Of a stretch of DNA of 64,000 bases, positions 53,677 to 64,000 are shown in pieces. Each line of letters begins with the position of its first letter. The stretch's first letter is position 1. The stretch is from an uncultured Rivularia sp. (GTDB lineage: Bacteria > Cyanobacteriota > Cyanobacteriia > Cyanobacteriales > Nostocaceae). The notes beneath the pieces were generated by a model, which had not been told where the DNA came from, ran no database searches, and saw only the letters and a program-made list of their open reading frames with translations. The position numbers were made by a program, and so were the translations under genes. The DNA is taken from positions 1,792,001 through 1,856,000 of the forward strand of contig OY762007.1 of assembly GCA_963665115.1 (NCBI GenBank). Reading direction: 5' to 3'.

Positions 53677-54102
53677 TCAAATTTGATCCTGGCAGCAATC
53701 GCAAACACCCTGCACCGTCAATTCGTATTTATCTACGGTTAATCCAGCACGAAGACCTTTAAAACTAATACCTTCAACCTGTTGCCAAAGAATATCTTCA
53801 ATACTTCCACATTTGTAGCAACGGAAGTGATGATGGGATGAAACGTTTGCATCGTAACGACAAACACCTTCTTCTAATAAAACTTCTCTAACTAAACCTA
53901 CATCTCTCAAGGCTTGAAGAGAACTATATATCGTGGCTTGAGAAGAAGTAGGACTGTTTTGATTTAAACTAATTAATATCTGTTCGGCAGTTGGATGATC
54001 TTGACGATTAAGTAGATTGGAATAAACTGCAAACCGCTGGGGTGTTACTCGCAACCCTTTAGACTTTAAAGTTTGGACAATTTTATCGGCTTGTTTTTCC
54101 AT
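53677..54102 (-). CDS. perR: Fur-family regulator, PerR-like
   Basis: GLRVTPQR, HPTAE, HHHFRC..C and C..C motifs; divergent from the peroxiredoxin. Confidence 0.82.
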   Translation of the reverse strand: MEKQADKIVQTLKSKGLRVTPQRFAVYSNLLNRQDHPTAEQILISLNQNSPTSSQATIYSSLQALRDVGLVREVLLEEGVCRYDANVSSHHHFRCYKCGSIEDILWQQVEGISFKGLRAGLTVDKYELTVQGVCDCCQDQI

Positions 54103-54254
54103 ATCAGTGTTTGCTGTATTGTTTTTTTTAATTAATATAGGGCGGATTGAATCAAAAGATAGAACTAATCCGAGCAAAATTTTTTGTATAAGTATTAATT
54201 TAACAAAAAACTTAAAATAACCAATGAGTAATTATCTCTATTGAATATTTTCTA

Positions 54255-54273
54255 AGTAAGAATTATTCTGATT
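54255..54273. promoter_or_regulatory. Putative Per/Fur box
   Basis: AGAAT-T-ATTCT palindrome at 54259-54269 in the perR/prx divergent intergenic region. Confidence 0.55.
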
Positions 54274-54337
54274 TAGGACTTAATCAAGTTTTTGCTCAAT
54301 AGAGCGCAACATGAGTCAAAAAAATCAGGAGGTAACT

Positions 54338-54910
54338 ATGGCTGCAATCGAACAGGTTCCTAACGTCGTCTTTAAAACTCGTGTCCGCGATGAGTCAGTT
54401 CCTGGCCCCAACCCTTATCGTTGGGAAGATAAAACGACTCAAGATATTTTTGGCGGTAAAAAAGTTGTAGTATTCTCTTTGCCCGGTGCGTTTACTCCCA
54501 CCTGCTCTTCCAATCACTTGCCACGCTATGAAGAACTCTATGATGAGTTTAAAGCTTTGGGTGTAGATCAAATCATCTGCGTTTCTGTAAATGATGCTTT
54601 TGTGATGTTCCAGTGGGGTAAGCAAGTTGGGGCAAAGAATGTCTTTTTACTTCCCGATGGCAGCGGTGAATTTACCCGCAAAATGGGAATGCTTGTTGAT
54701 AAATCAAATTTAGGTTTCGGATATCGTTCTTGGCGCTATTCCATGCTGGTGAACGATGGCAAAATTGAAAAGATGTTCGTTGAACCTAATTTTGGTGATA
54801 ACTGCCCCACCGATCCTTTTGAGGTTTCCGACGCTGATACCATGTTGGCTTATCTAAAGGGAGGTAAATCTGCTGGTGTTTCCGAACCTCGTCGCGAATT
54901 TGTAGGATAA
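54338..54910 (+). CDS. Type II (PRX5-like) peroxiredoxin
   Basis: [19 protein letters not shown] and GYRSWRYSM motifs; AGGAGG RBS before ATG 54338. Confidence 0.93.
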   Translation: MAAIEQVPNVVFKTRVRDESVPGPNPYRWEDKTTQDIFGGKKVVVFSLPGAFTPTCSSNHLPRYEELYDEFKALGVDQIICVSVNDAFVMFQWGKQVGAKNVFLLPDGSGEFTRKMGMLVDKSNLGFGYRSWRYSMLVNDGKIEKMFVEPNFGDNCPTDPFEVSDADTMLAYLKGGKSAGVSEPRREFVG

Positions 54911-55378
54911 CCGAAGAATTTTAGAGTTTGCGGAAAGTTGATCGGCTCGGTTTCCGGAGCCACTTGCGTGCGGAGGTAATCTCCGTTGAGCAAAGTGGCG
55001 TTCCCATTAAAATTTTCAAGACGGATTTTGGATTTCTCTCATCAGTGGAATCCAATTCAAAATCCCTTAAAAATCTAAATACTTTTGTACAAAAAATCAA
55101 ATTAAGCCTTTAAAAATACCTTTCATAGTAAATTGCAGATAAGAAAGTTTAAAATTGATTTTAGTTAAATTAATTTAAATTAATTTTTTTTATCTGACTT
55201 CTTGCATTAGTGTCATAAACCGGGTTTCTTGCTGGTTGTATAACGTGCGAAATCATGTTTTAACCAATAGAAACCCGGTTTCTTCAGGCTTATTGAGAAT
55301 GGTGGAAGATGTGAATTTAATTAAAAATTTCCCTGTTCCTTTTTCAATTTAAATTCAAATTAAATAGGAGTCGTCTGC

Positions 55379-56368
55379 ATGAAACTAACTAAAAAGAATC
55401 TTGCCGAGCGTGCGGATACATTATACGATGCAATCGTTGTCGGTGGTGGAATGGGTGGTTTATCGGCTGCAATTTATCTTGCTCGCTACGGTTTAAGATG
55501 TCTCGTAATTGAAAAAGGAAAGGGACGTTCGATATGGATGCAAGATTTACGGAATTATGTGGGATTAAGTCCAGAGACTAGCGGATGTTCGATTGTGAAT
55601 CAATCTACCAAGCAAGCTATTGAATGGGGTGCAGACCATTTACAGGGATTTGTGCAAGATGTTACCGATGAAGGCGATACCTTTACAGTTAAAACTAAAA
55701 TTGGTAGAACAGATGATATTTATCAAGTATTTAGAAGTAAATATTTGATTGCTGCATCGGGGGTAATTGATGTTTTACCCGAATTGGAAAATATGCAGAA
55801 TGTGTATGACTATGCCGGGTATACATTACACGTCTGCATGATTTGTGATGGTTTTGATATGTGGGATCGACGTGCAGTTTTGATTGCAGGTAAAGAGTCT
55901 CAAATTAATGCTGCATTCGTGATGAATTGGTTTACTCCTTATATTACGGTGTTGACTCACGGATTGTGTGAAGTCAGCGATGAAATGAAACAGAAATTAG
56001 CAGATTACGGCTATCCGCTTTACGAAAAAAAGATTGCTAAATTCTTGGGTGAGAAACATCAAATGAGTGGTGTTGAACTAGAAGACGGTACGGTAATTAA
56101 AGCGACAACTGGTTTAATTAATATGGGTTCGATTTACCACAATAAATATTTGAAGGGTATAGATGGATTAGAGTGGGATGGTGAAAATTTAGTCACTCAT
56201 GATTTAGCTCAAACTACTCACGAGCGTATCTTTGCTTTGGGAGATTTAAAAAAGGGATTGAATCAAGTATCCGTTGCAGTCGCTGATGGTACAATGGCAG
56301 CCACTCAAATCTGGCGAAATATTCGCAGAGCAAGCGAGCCTCGTAAGTGGGAAGAGAATATCAAATAA
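55379..56368 (+). CDS. FAD-dependent oxidoreductase, thioredoxin reductase-like
   Basis: GGGMGG FAD motif, CMICDG CxxC, FALGD. Confidence 0.88.
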   Translation: MKLTKKNLAERADTLYDAIVVGGGMGGLSAAIYLARYGLRCLVIEKGKGRSIWMQDLRNYVGLSPETSGCSIVNQSTKQAIEWGADHLQGFVQDVTDEGDTFTVKTKIGRTDDIYQVFRSKYLIAASGVIDVLPELENMQNVYDYAGYTLHVCMICDGFDMWDRRAVLIAGKESQINAAFVMNWFTPYITVLTHGLCEVSDEMKQKLADYGYPLYEKKIAKFLGEKHQMSGVELEDGTVIKATTGLINMGSIYHNKYLKGIDGLEWDGENLVTHDLAQTTHERIFALGDLKKGLNQVSVAVADGTMAATQIWRNIRRASEPRKWEENIK

Positions 56369-56534
56369 TTGGGCATGGGGGATTGGGGATGGGTAATTGA
56401 AAATTATTTACATTACTCTCATCATTCTCAATTCTTAATTACCAATGCCCCATACCCAATTTCCACCATTTGAGAAACTACCGAAAAGTTGATACCGTCT
56501 GAAGATTAATAAATCAAATTTTGGGACTTTCAGC

Positions 56535-58256
56535 TTGAATCGGTCAAACTACTGGCAACTTTTACCTTATATCCGTCCCCAATCGCAAACTATCGCTAAG
56601 GGTTTTGTGGGAATTATCGGATATGTAATCGCGACATTGGGATTAATTAAGCTTGTAGAAGAGTTAGCAACTCCCTTTGGACAAGGAAATGTTTTAGAGA
56701 TAGCGAAACTTGCGGTTATCTTAGCGGGAGTTTTCTTAGTTAGGGGATTTTTTCAGTCAGTACAAGATATTTACATGGCAAAAGCTGCTTTGAGAGTAGC
56801 TTATAATCTCCGCAAGCAGGTTTACGCTCATCTGCAAAAGCTGAATCTTAGCTACTTTGAAACTGCCAAAGCTGGAGATTTATCTTACCGACTTACTGAA
56901 GATGTGGATAGAGTTGGGGAAGTTGTCCACAAGATGTTTCACGATTTTATTCCTTCCTCGCTACAGTTAATTGCCATTCCCATATACATGATTTACCTTA
57001 GTTGGCAACTAACCTTAGCAACATTAGTTATTGCTCCCTTGATGGGTGTGTTGATTGCTTGGTTTGGCGATCGCTTACAAAAGTTATCTCGTCGCAGTCA
57101 AAATCATGTATCCGATCTATCGGCAATTTTAACTGAGGTGTTTGGCGGAATTCGGATTATACAAGCGTTTGCGGCGGAGTCTTACGAAGTTGCTCGGTTT
57201 AGTAAGGAAGCGGAAGGTACATTAAAAGCTAAGTATAATACCGAACGATTAAAAGCGATTCAAATTCCGATTATCGGATTTTTACAGGCATTAAGTTTTT
57301 TATTATTATTATTTTTTGCAGCTTGGCAGATTTCTATTGACAATATTACAGTTGGAACCTTTTTTAGCTATCTTTCGGCAGCAGCTTTATTAATCGATCC
57401 TGTAGGACATACTACTAATAACTATAATTTATTTAAGGAAGGGGAAGCTTCTGTTGATAGAGTTTTTGAATTATTAGCAATTAAAGCAGCGGTGGTGGAA
57501 AAATCTGATGCAATAATTCTTCCCAGAGTTACGGGTAAGGTAGAATATCGTAACGTTAGCTTTGCGTATGAAGCAGATAAACCCATAATTCAAAACGTTG
57601 ATTTATTAGCAATGCCGGGAGAAGCAATCGCTCTTGTTGGTGCTTCGGGTGCTGGTAAAACTACATTTGTCAATCTTTTACCGCGTTTTTATGACGCTCA
57701 AAAAGGTGAAATATTAATCGATGGAATAGATATAAAAGATGTTACTTTACATAGTTTGCGGCGACAAATTGGCATAGTACCCCAAGAAACCGTGATGTTT
57801 TCCGGTACAATTGCTGGAAATATAGCTTTCGGACAAACCGAATTTGAGATGAAAGCCGTTGAGGAAGCAGCGAAAATCGCCAACGCACACGATTTTATCA
57901 CTCAAATGCCCGATGGATATTATACCGTAGTTGGGGAACGCGGTGCGAGTTTATCTGGCGGACAAAGACAAAGAATTGCGATCGCACGTGCTGTATTATT
58001 AAATCCGAGAATTTTGATTTTAGATGAAGCGACATCTGCATTAGATTCGGAATCGGAAGCATTAGTACAGGAAGCATTGGAAAGATTGATGGTAAATCGC
58101 ACGGTGTTTATAATAGCTCACCGTTTGAGTACCGTGAGGAAATGCGACAGAATTTTAGTAATGGAACATGGGGAAGTAGTTGAATCGGGTACCCATGATG
58201 AATTGTTAGCCTTTGAGCGTCGTTATGCCAGATTTTATGCGCGGCAGTTTAGTTGA
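56535..58256 (+). CDS. ABC exporter, fused permease/ATPase (MsbA-like)
   Basis: GASGAGKT, LSGGQRQR, ILDEATSALD and IAHRLST motifs. Confidence 0.93.
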   Translation: MNRSNYWQLLPYIRPQSQTIAKGFVGIIGYVIATLGLIKLVEELATPFGQGNVLEIAKLAVILAGVFLVRGFFQSVQDIYMAKAALRVAYNLRKQVYAHLQKLNLSYFETAKAGDLSYRLTEDVDRVGEVVHKMFHDFIPSSLQLIAIPIYMIYLSWQLTLATLVIAPLMGVLIAWFGDRLQKLSRRSQNHVSDLSAILTEVFGGIRIIQAFAAESYEVARFSKEAEGTLKAKYNTERLKAIQIPIIGFLQALSFLLLLFFAAWQISIDNITVGTFFSYLSAAALLIDPVGHTTNNYNLFKEGEASVDRVFELLAIKAAVVEKSDAIILPRVTGKVEYRNVSFAYEADKPIIQNVDLLAMPGEAIALVGASGAGKTTFVNLLPRFYDAQKGEILIDGIDIKDVTLHSLRRQIGIVPQETVMFSGTIAGNIAFGQTEFEMKAVEEAAKIANAHDFITQMPDGYYTVVGERGASLSGGQRQRIAIARAVLLNPRILILDEATSALDSESEALVQEALERLMVNRTVFIIAHRLSTVRKCDRILVMEHGEVVESGTHDELLAFERRYARFYARQFS

Positions 58257-58618
58257 TATTTAGATATAGATTGTTAAATTATCAATTGAATTATTGATTT
58301 TAAAACGCAGAGGAAAGCAGAGTGTTTTGCATTCATCTTTTTGATAATTGGTATTATATAACTTTTAAATGTGATGATGGGAGTCGTGAGGAATTTTCAG
58401 TAAGCAGTCAAAAATAGGGAATTATATTTTAGAAAATCAAAAAAATGATTTCATTCGCGCTTTATAATATGCTATCTTTCTTTACCTCTTCTTCCGTGCC
58501 CTCTGCGTCTCTGCGGTTTTTATATCATATAGATACTACCGAACATAACCCAAGTTTCGATTAACTAACTTAAGGTGTAACGGAGCATAACTTAACATAA
58601 TTGTTGGGTTACACTCCC

Positions 58619-59260
58619 TTAACCTAACCTACTAATCACCCAACCCCGAAATGCTTTCATAATTTTATTTCTTCCCTCGCTTTTACTTCTTTCTAAATAC
58701 TGAGGAATTATTTCACTCAGGGGAAAACCAGGAAAATGAGGACTTTCTTTTACTTGAATATATTTACCCTTTCGCAAAACGTTAATTTCTAATTCCCTAC
58801 CGTTAAACCTCCACAATTCTCCTACACCCAAAACTTCGTAATTATCAAAACGAGTTCTAGATGTAAGATCAATTTCCAAAGCTATATCGGGTGGGGGATC
58901 TATATTCAAATCTATACGCTTTTTCCCCCGTATTGCTGCTTCGTTTTCAATATAGAAACAATCATCTGCTTCTATACCCCGCTTCATAGATTCGCTTTTA
59001 AAAGTTGTTGAACCTAAACTTCTAAATTCAATATCAAGCTCTTCCAGAAGCACTTTTACCAAGTCAGCAATAATGACTTTATCATCTTCATGCTCCGGCA
59101 AGGGCACCATGATTTCTAAAACTCCCCCACTATAATTAATTCGGGAACCCCGTTTTTCCCCAAACTCTTCTAGCAGTTGCTCGTACATCAACCAGGTAAC
59201 ATCAGTCATTATAAGTTGTTGTCCCGGAGGAACTACAATTTGTTCGAGTTGTACTTGCAT
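58619..59260 (-). CDS. Uma2 family endonuclease
   Basis: LEIMVPLPEHE, EADDCFY and PPDIALEID motifs. Confidence 0.9.
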   Translation of the reverse strand: MQVQLEQIVVPPGQQLIMTDVTWLMYEQLLEEFGEKRGSRINYSGGVLEIMVPLPEHEDDKVIIADLVKVLLEELDIEFRSLGSTTFKSESMKRGIEADDCFYIENEAAIRGKKRIDLNIDPPPDIALEIDLTSRTRFDNYEVLGVGELWRFNGRELEINVLRKGKYIQVKESPHFPGFPLSEIIPQYLERSKSEGRNKIMKAFRGWVISRLG

Positions 59261-59322
59261 AGTTTCCTTCCCCGGAGAGTTTTAACTTACTAATATTGTA
59301 AAAATTATTTTTGAATTTAAAT

Positions 59323-59856
59323 TTACCTTTTAGTCATATCCACAACCACATCAACCGTAAGCTCTGGCAATTCACCCAAAGTCGGTAAAATATCCTCTCC
59401 TGAAAGAACAACAGGTAATTCATCTCCTACCCAAACCCAAACTTGTTGACGAGTTATGTCTATCAACCAAGCCAATTGGGTTCCATTGCTCAAACAGTGA
59501 AGAATTTTATTTTGTAAATCTATAGTACTTTGGTTGGGAGAACGAATTTCAATTAACCAATCCGGCGCTCCTTCAAAGGCTCCATCTTCATCGGGAATTC
59601 TTTCACAAGCAATTACAGAAATATCGGGTACTGGAGATTGTAAGAGTACAATACATCTTAATTCTTGTATAGCTTCAAACTGCTCGGTATTATTATTTAT
59701 ATAATTTACTAAATTGCGTTGCAACCGCGAGTGAAAAAGAGTTGGCATCGGTTTTTGCAGCGCTTCCCCATTTATTAATTCCCATGCGGGGGAAGCCTCA
59801 ATATTAGGTTGAGAAAGAAATTCAGTTAAAGGCGTTGTTGCAATTAATTTTATCAT
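59323..59856 (-). CDS. Uma2 family endonuclease
   Basis: KPMP…H, VPDISV, PDWLIEIRSP and WLID motifs. Confidence 0.9.
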   Translation of the reverse strand: MIKLIATTPLTEFLSQPNIEASPAWELINGEALQKPMPTLFHSRLQRNLVNYINNNTEQFEAIQELRCIVLLQSPVPDISVIACERIPDEDGAFEGAPDWLIEIRSPNQSTIDLQNKILHCLSNGTQLAWLIDITRQQVWVWVGDELPVVLSGEDILPTLGELPELTVDVVVDMTKR

Positions 59857-59987
59857 TTTTAAATTTATTCACCACCTCAATTAAGGATATCAATTACGAA
59901 TTATTCTTCCCCCTCTTCCCCTAAAAATAATATGCTACTAAATAGGGTAGTTTCATTCATCAAACTCCTATTGTACAAGAGGTCAAG

Positions 59988-60599
59988 ATGGTAAAGACAC
60001 CTACCACTCCACACGAAACCTTTTTGCTTGAATTACCCAAAACCATTGGATTATACGTTACTCAAGAACAGTTTTTAGCTTTAAGTGCAGCAAACCGAGA
60101 TTTGAAACTTGAAAGAAATGCACAAGGAGAATTAATTGTGAATCCACCAACTGGTTGGGAAACTGGAAAACGTAATTCGAGTATTTCGGGGGAATTGTAT
60201 TTGTGGTGGCGCAATTCTGGTGAATCGGGGTTAGTTTTTGATTCTTCTACTGGCTTCATTTTACCCAACAGTGCTACTCGCTCTCCGGATGCTTCTTGGG
60301 TTTCTCAACAACGATGGGATGCACTTACAACTGAACAAAAAGGAACTTTTGCTAATATCTGCCCCGATTTTGTGGTTGAATTACGGTCTAGTTCCGATAG
60401 AATTGAGACTTTGCAAGCTAAGATGAAGGAATATACAGAAAATAGCGCGAGATTAGGCTGGTTGCTCGATCCGCAAAATCGCAGAGTAGAAATTTATCAA
60501 CCAGGAATAGAAGTTAAAGTATTAGAAAATCCCGCTGAATTGTCCGGTAAAGATGTTTTACCTGGTTTTGTGCTGAATTTACGTAGGGTGTGGAATTGA
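59988..60599 (+). CDS. Uma2 family endonuclease
   Basis: LERNAQGELIV.PP, RSPDASW, PDFVVELRS and GWLLDP motifs. Confidence 0.9.
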   Translation: MVKTPTTPHETFLLELPKTIGLYVTQEQFLALSAANRDLKLERNAQGELIVNPPTGWETGKRNSSISGELYLWWRNSGESGLVFDSSTGFILPNSATRSPDASWVSQQRWDALTTEQKGTFANICPDFVVELRSSSDRIETLQAKMKEYTENSARLGWLLDPQNRRVEIYQPGIEVKVLENPAELSGKDVLPGFVLNLRRVWN

Positions 60600-61151
60600 A
60601 AATTAATACATAACCATGCTTCTAAGAAGATTATTAAAATCTCTAACCTCAAAATTATTAATCCCCATATACACCAATCCCCACTCAATAATTACTGAGT
60701 GAGGATTAATTTTATATTCAACAATATTCTGTTTACTCATAACTATTCTCCCAAAGAACAAATTTATGGTAAACTCCTTATTACGTTCGCCTCTAAAATC
60801 GAACGCAAAGACGAAACCCCTGAACTGTATACGGGGAACATCTACCTTTCTTCTTAAAACATCACTTGAATTACTATAATTAATGTAATTCTGTGGGAAA
60901 CCAAAATTTAGCGGTATTTAAATAGATGCTTTATCTATCTAAACTTCAGCAATATTAACCTTTGACAATTTCTATTGCTGATACAAATGATACCAAATAA
61001 AACTAACATGAGGTTATATAATTTCCTTTACATTAGTTTTATTTATTGAATCGGCAATTATAATAATAAAAACTGTAATGTAATTTGAATATTTATCGTC
61101 AGACGATATAGGCTATCAAGCATAGATAGATATTAAGCGCGGAAAAATTCT

Positions 61152-61940
61152 ATGCAGCAGTCTAACAATAATTCTGGAGATACTCTACGGCAACTTGTAA
61201 CCTTAGCTGCTGTAGTAATTGCTTTTATCGTCAATGTTTTATCAAATATCTTCCCGCTTAACGGACTTACCATTGGCGGAATATCTAATACTTTATTCAA
61301 AGACGTTTTAATCGTTCCCGCTAATTATGCTTTTGCTATCTGGGGATTAATTTACCTCGGATTATTCGCTTTCGCAATTTATCAAGTCTTACCTTCCCAA
61401 CGAGAAAATCCCAATTTACGCAAAACCGGATATTTATTAACTATTGCATCCCTTGCTCAAAGTATTTGGGTGTATTTATTTTTATCCCGGTTTTTTGTTG
61501 CTTCGGTTGCAGCAATGCTGTTAATTTTAATACCATTAATTTTCATGTATCTGGGCTTGAAAATTGGAACTACATCAGCATCACGCGCTGAAAAATGGTT
61601 TATTCGCTACCCAATTAGCATTTATCTTGGTTGGATAAGCGTTGCGACTATCGTTAATATAGCAAGTGCTTTATATATCAATAATTGGAATGGCTTCGGA
61701 ATCTCCGCTGAAACATGGACTGCAATTATGGTAATTATCGCCACATTTATAGCCACACTTTCAATCACTCAGCGTCAAGACATTACATACAGTGGTGTTA
61801 CAGTATGGGCATTAACTGCGATCGCGATTAAGCACTGGGAAAATTCAAACTTGAAGATAGTAGCACTATCAGGCATTTTCCTACTTGTGGCAATCGGCTT
61901 ATTCTCTAAATTCACACAATCAAAGGTTAAAGGTTATTAG
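61152..61940 (+). CDS. TspO/MBR-related (tryptophan-rich sensory) membrane protein
   Basis: PANYAFAIWGLIY and SIYLGWISVATIVN motifs. Confidence 0.75.
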   Translation: MQQSNNNSGDTLRQLVTLAAVVIAFIVNVLSNIFPLNGLTIGGISNTLFKDVLIVPANYAFAIWGLIYLGLFAFAIYQVLPSQRENPNLRKTGYLLTIASLAQSIWVYLFLSRFFVASVAAMLLILIPLIFMYLGLKIGTTSASRAEKWFIRYPISIYLGWISVATIVNIASALYINNWNGFGISAETWTAIMVIIATFIATLSITQRQDITYSGVTVWALTAIAIKHWENSNLKIVALSGIFLLVAIGLFSKFTQSKVKGY

Positions 61941-62041
61941 ATTTTAGATTAGGAGTTAAGAGTATAGAAGTTAGAAGTTAACAATTTTTAATTGTCTCCC
62001 CATCTCCCTCTCCGGGAGCATCCATGCCCAATGCCCAATTT

Positions 62042-62431
62042 CTAAATCGATTCTAAATAACTTAACAAGTCCGCCATTTCCTCCACGTTAGGCTGGAATT
62101 TGGGCATTGGGGGCGTATCTCCGCTGATTACTTGATGAATTAGCCCATAACGAGATTTACGTTTAGATACGGCTTCTAGAGAAGGACCTACACTTCCCGT
62201 TGCTTCCAAGCCATGACAGCCAGCGCAGTTAATCTGAAAAATTGCGTGTCCTTGAACGGGGTTTCCTGGCTTAGAGAGTACATTTTTAATATAGGGATCG
62301 GAAGTTCTTACCATATTTACAGCAAAAATGCCTAATAGGATTGCTAGCAAAACCGCTAACGAAAAGAACGCGATTCGCCCTATTAGAGTGTCCGGTTTGA
62401 TAATCTGGTTATCCAAAAGGTTTGCTGTCAA
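62042..62431 (-). CDS. cytM: Cytochrome cM
   Basis: N-terminal TM helix, CAGCH heme motif, TPPMPKFQ; divergent from petG. Confidence 0.85.
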   Translation of the reverse strand: MTANLLDNQIIKPDTLIGRIAFFSLAVLLAILLGIFAVNMVRTSDPYIKNVLSKPGNPVQGHAIFQINCAGCHGLEATGSVGPSLEAVSKRKSRYGLIHQVISGDTPPMPKFQPNVEEMADLLSYLESI

Positions 62432-62624
62432 AGTCGGTGTCTACAAAAAATATTTCATTTCCTACACATAGCTTAAAAGTTCTTGACTGTCTCTGCAAGC
62501 ACCAATCGTCATTTTCTGCACCTGGAATATGGCTCTAATTCTTTATAGGAGCGCTGTTTGCCAACTCTTGATGGTAAAATGAAAATAGTAAACAAATATG
62601 AAAAATTGCAATAAGGAGGCGACT

Positions 62625-62738
62625 ATGGTTGAACCTTTACTTGATGGTATGGTTCTAGGTTTAGTTTTCGTTACTTTAGCTGGTTTATTTTATAAAGCTT
62701 ACGAACAATACAAACGTGGTAACGAACTCGGACTTTAA
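62625..62738 (+). CDS. petG: Cytochrome b6f subunit V (37 aa; below the ORF track cut-off)
   Basis: [37 protein letters not shown] with AAGGAGG RBS. Confidence 0.95.
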   Translation: MVEPLLDGMVLGLVFVTLAGLFYKAYEQYKRGNELGL

Positions 62739-62940
62739 TCGCGATCGATTACCAGCGATCGGACATCGATCCCTGGTAATTGGTAGGTATAATTTGCGGA
62801 AAACTGAATAACACAAAATCTTCATTTAGTCCTCTTCTAGAGGACTTTTGCTATATCGCTACAGTTATTCTTCCAAATTCCCATACTATTTTTAATTGGG
62901 TAATTGTTAAGGAAAAAGCTTAAAAATACAGCCCTACTGC

Positions 62941-63480
62941 TTACTGATAACTGTAAAAACTCACAGCAGTATTGCCATAAAATTTTTGACGGCATATTTC
63001 CCAATTTAGAATTTGTGGTGGTGTCCATAATTTGGGATTATGTTCTACTGCGATTTCTCCATTAATATCTAGAATCCGACTCCGAGCAATGGCTTCTAAA
63101 ACTGGCTCGTATAAATCGCTTGCATAAGGTGGATCGAAATAAATTCTGTCAAACTGCTGTTCGCGAAGTTTGGGCAACTGCTGTAATATATCTCCTTGCA
63201 AAAGTTTCCATTCTTGTTCGGAACTTGCTAAGGGTTGCCAATTCTCTTTTATGATACCGCAGGCACTCTTAGACTTCTCAACACCAACTACAAGGCTAGC
63301 TCCTCGACACAAAGCTTCTGCACCCATAGAACCCGTTCCGGTGCATAAATCTAACCAGCGACAATCTGCAATTCTTCCCTGCCAAATATTAAATATGGCT
63401 TCTCTTACCCGTGCTTGAGTAGGTCTGGTTTGCTTCCCTGGTAATGTTTTTAACTGACGATTTCCGTAAATTCTTAGCAA
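62941..63480 (-). CDS. rsmD: 16S rRNA m2G966 methyltransferase
   Basis: LRIYG…TRPT..RVREAIFNI, LDLCTGTG and DPPY motifs; probable TTG start at 63480. Confidence 0.93.
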   Translation of the reverse strand: MLRIYGNRQLKTLPGKQTRPTQARVREAIFNIWQGRIADCRWLDLCTGTGSMGAEALCRGASLVVGVEKSKSACGIIKENWQPLASSEQEWKLLQGDILQQLPKLREQQFDRIYFDPPYASDLYEPVLEAIARSRILDINGEIAVEHNPKLWTPPQILNWEICRQKFYGNTAVSFYSYQ

Positions 63481-63636
63481 AATAATTTTCGTGTCGTCGA
63501 GGATTTTAGCGACAATAGTATCCTTCACTGCCAAATATTGAATATAGCAGAAAACACGAATTGAATTGTTACATCATACCAGAATTGTTTGCATTGGCAA
63601 TTAAATATAAGATACGAAGGCAATTAATTTAACAGC

Positions 63637-64000
63637 TTAAACGGCTATCTTTTCACGCACCTGAGAGACAAAATTAGAAAGTATTTGTAGTCCGACATTA
63701 GAGGATTTTTCGGGGTGAAACTGAACTGCGGTGACATTATCATAAGCAACGGCAGCAGTTACAGTTTGACTACCGTGAGTTACGGTTGCAGCCCGTACTT
63801 TTTTTTCTACTGGATCGACGTAGAAAGAATGAACAAAGTATACCCAAGGTTGCGGGGGTAAATGCTCCCATAAAAGACTTCTTGCTTGGGTTACTTCTAA
63901 TTGATTCCAACCCATATGAGGAATTCTTATTTCTGAGGAAGCACGAAAACGCTTTACTTTTCCTGGAATTATTCCCAATCCATTTTCAACTCCTTCCTCG
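63637..64000 (-). CDS. hisH: Imidazole glycerol phosphate synthase subunit HisH (5'-truncated by window edge)
   Basis: IPHMGWN, YFVHSF and QFHPEKS motifs. Confidence 0.95.
   Translation of the reverse strand, partial: EEGVENGLGIIPGKVKRFRASSEIRIPHMGWNQLEVTQARSLLWEHLPPQPWVYFVHSFYVDPVEKKVRAATVTHGSQTVTAAVAYDNVTAVQFHPEKSSNVGLQILSNFVSQVREKIAV

Noticed and set aside
60767..60850. c-di-GMP-I or glutamine riboswitch (GGTAAAC…ACGCAAAG resemblance)
   Set aside because: The P2 pairing and GNRA loop are missing and the glnA-motif consensus is not met; kept only as an unassigned structured region

Overview
AT-rich chromosomal window from a filamentous, probably heterocyst-forming (Nostocales-like) cyanobacterium. 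The assignment rests on frequent HIP1 octamers (GCGATCGC), heptamer STRR tandem repeats and small dispersed palindromic repeats. Core genes (devC-like permease, exbB/exbD, leuC/leuD, sfsA, serB-like phosphatase, pdxJ, ycf54, crtE, folD, mutS, perR-prx-trxR-like cluster, cytM, petG, rsmD, hisH) are interleaved with accessory loci. The most notable accessory loci are: (i) a stand-alone TRPM-type SLOG gene upstream of a 1454-aa triple-TIR/WD40 gene, converging on an MscS-like channel; (ii) a non-autonomous IS200/IS605 element with a TnpB that has an intact RuvC triad but no zinc-finger cysteines, plus a divergent small putative repressor with overlapping promoters and an operator-like palindrome; (iii) a HipA-like kinase/HIRAN pair; (iv) an ABC-type ATPase/DUF4276-like pair; (v) several accessory genes bracketed by REP-like repeats. 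Five genes, including the normally essential folD, carry single-base homopolymer frameshifts that are probably sequencing errors. No CRISPR array, tRNA or rRNA was seen. All family calls are from motif recognition only; no searches were run.
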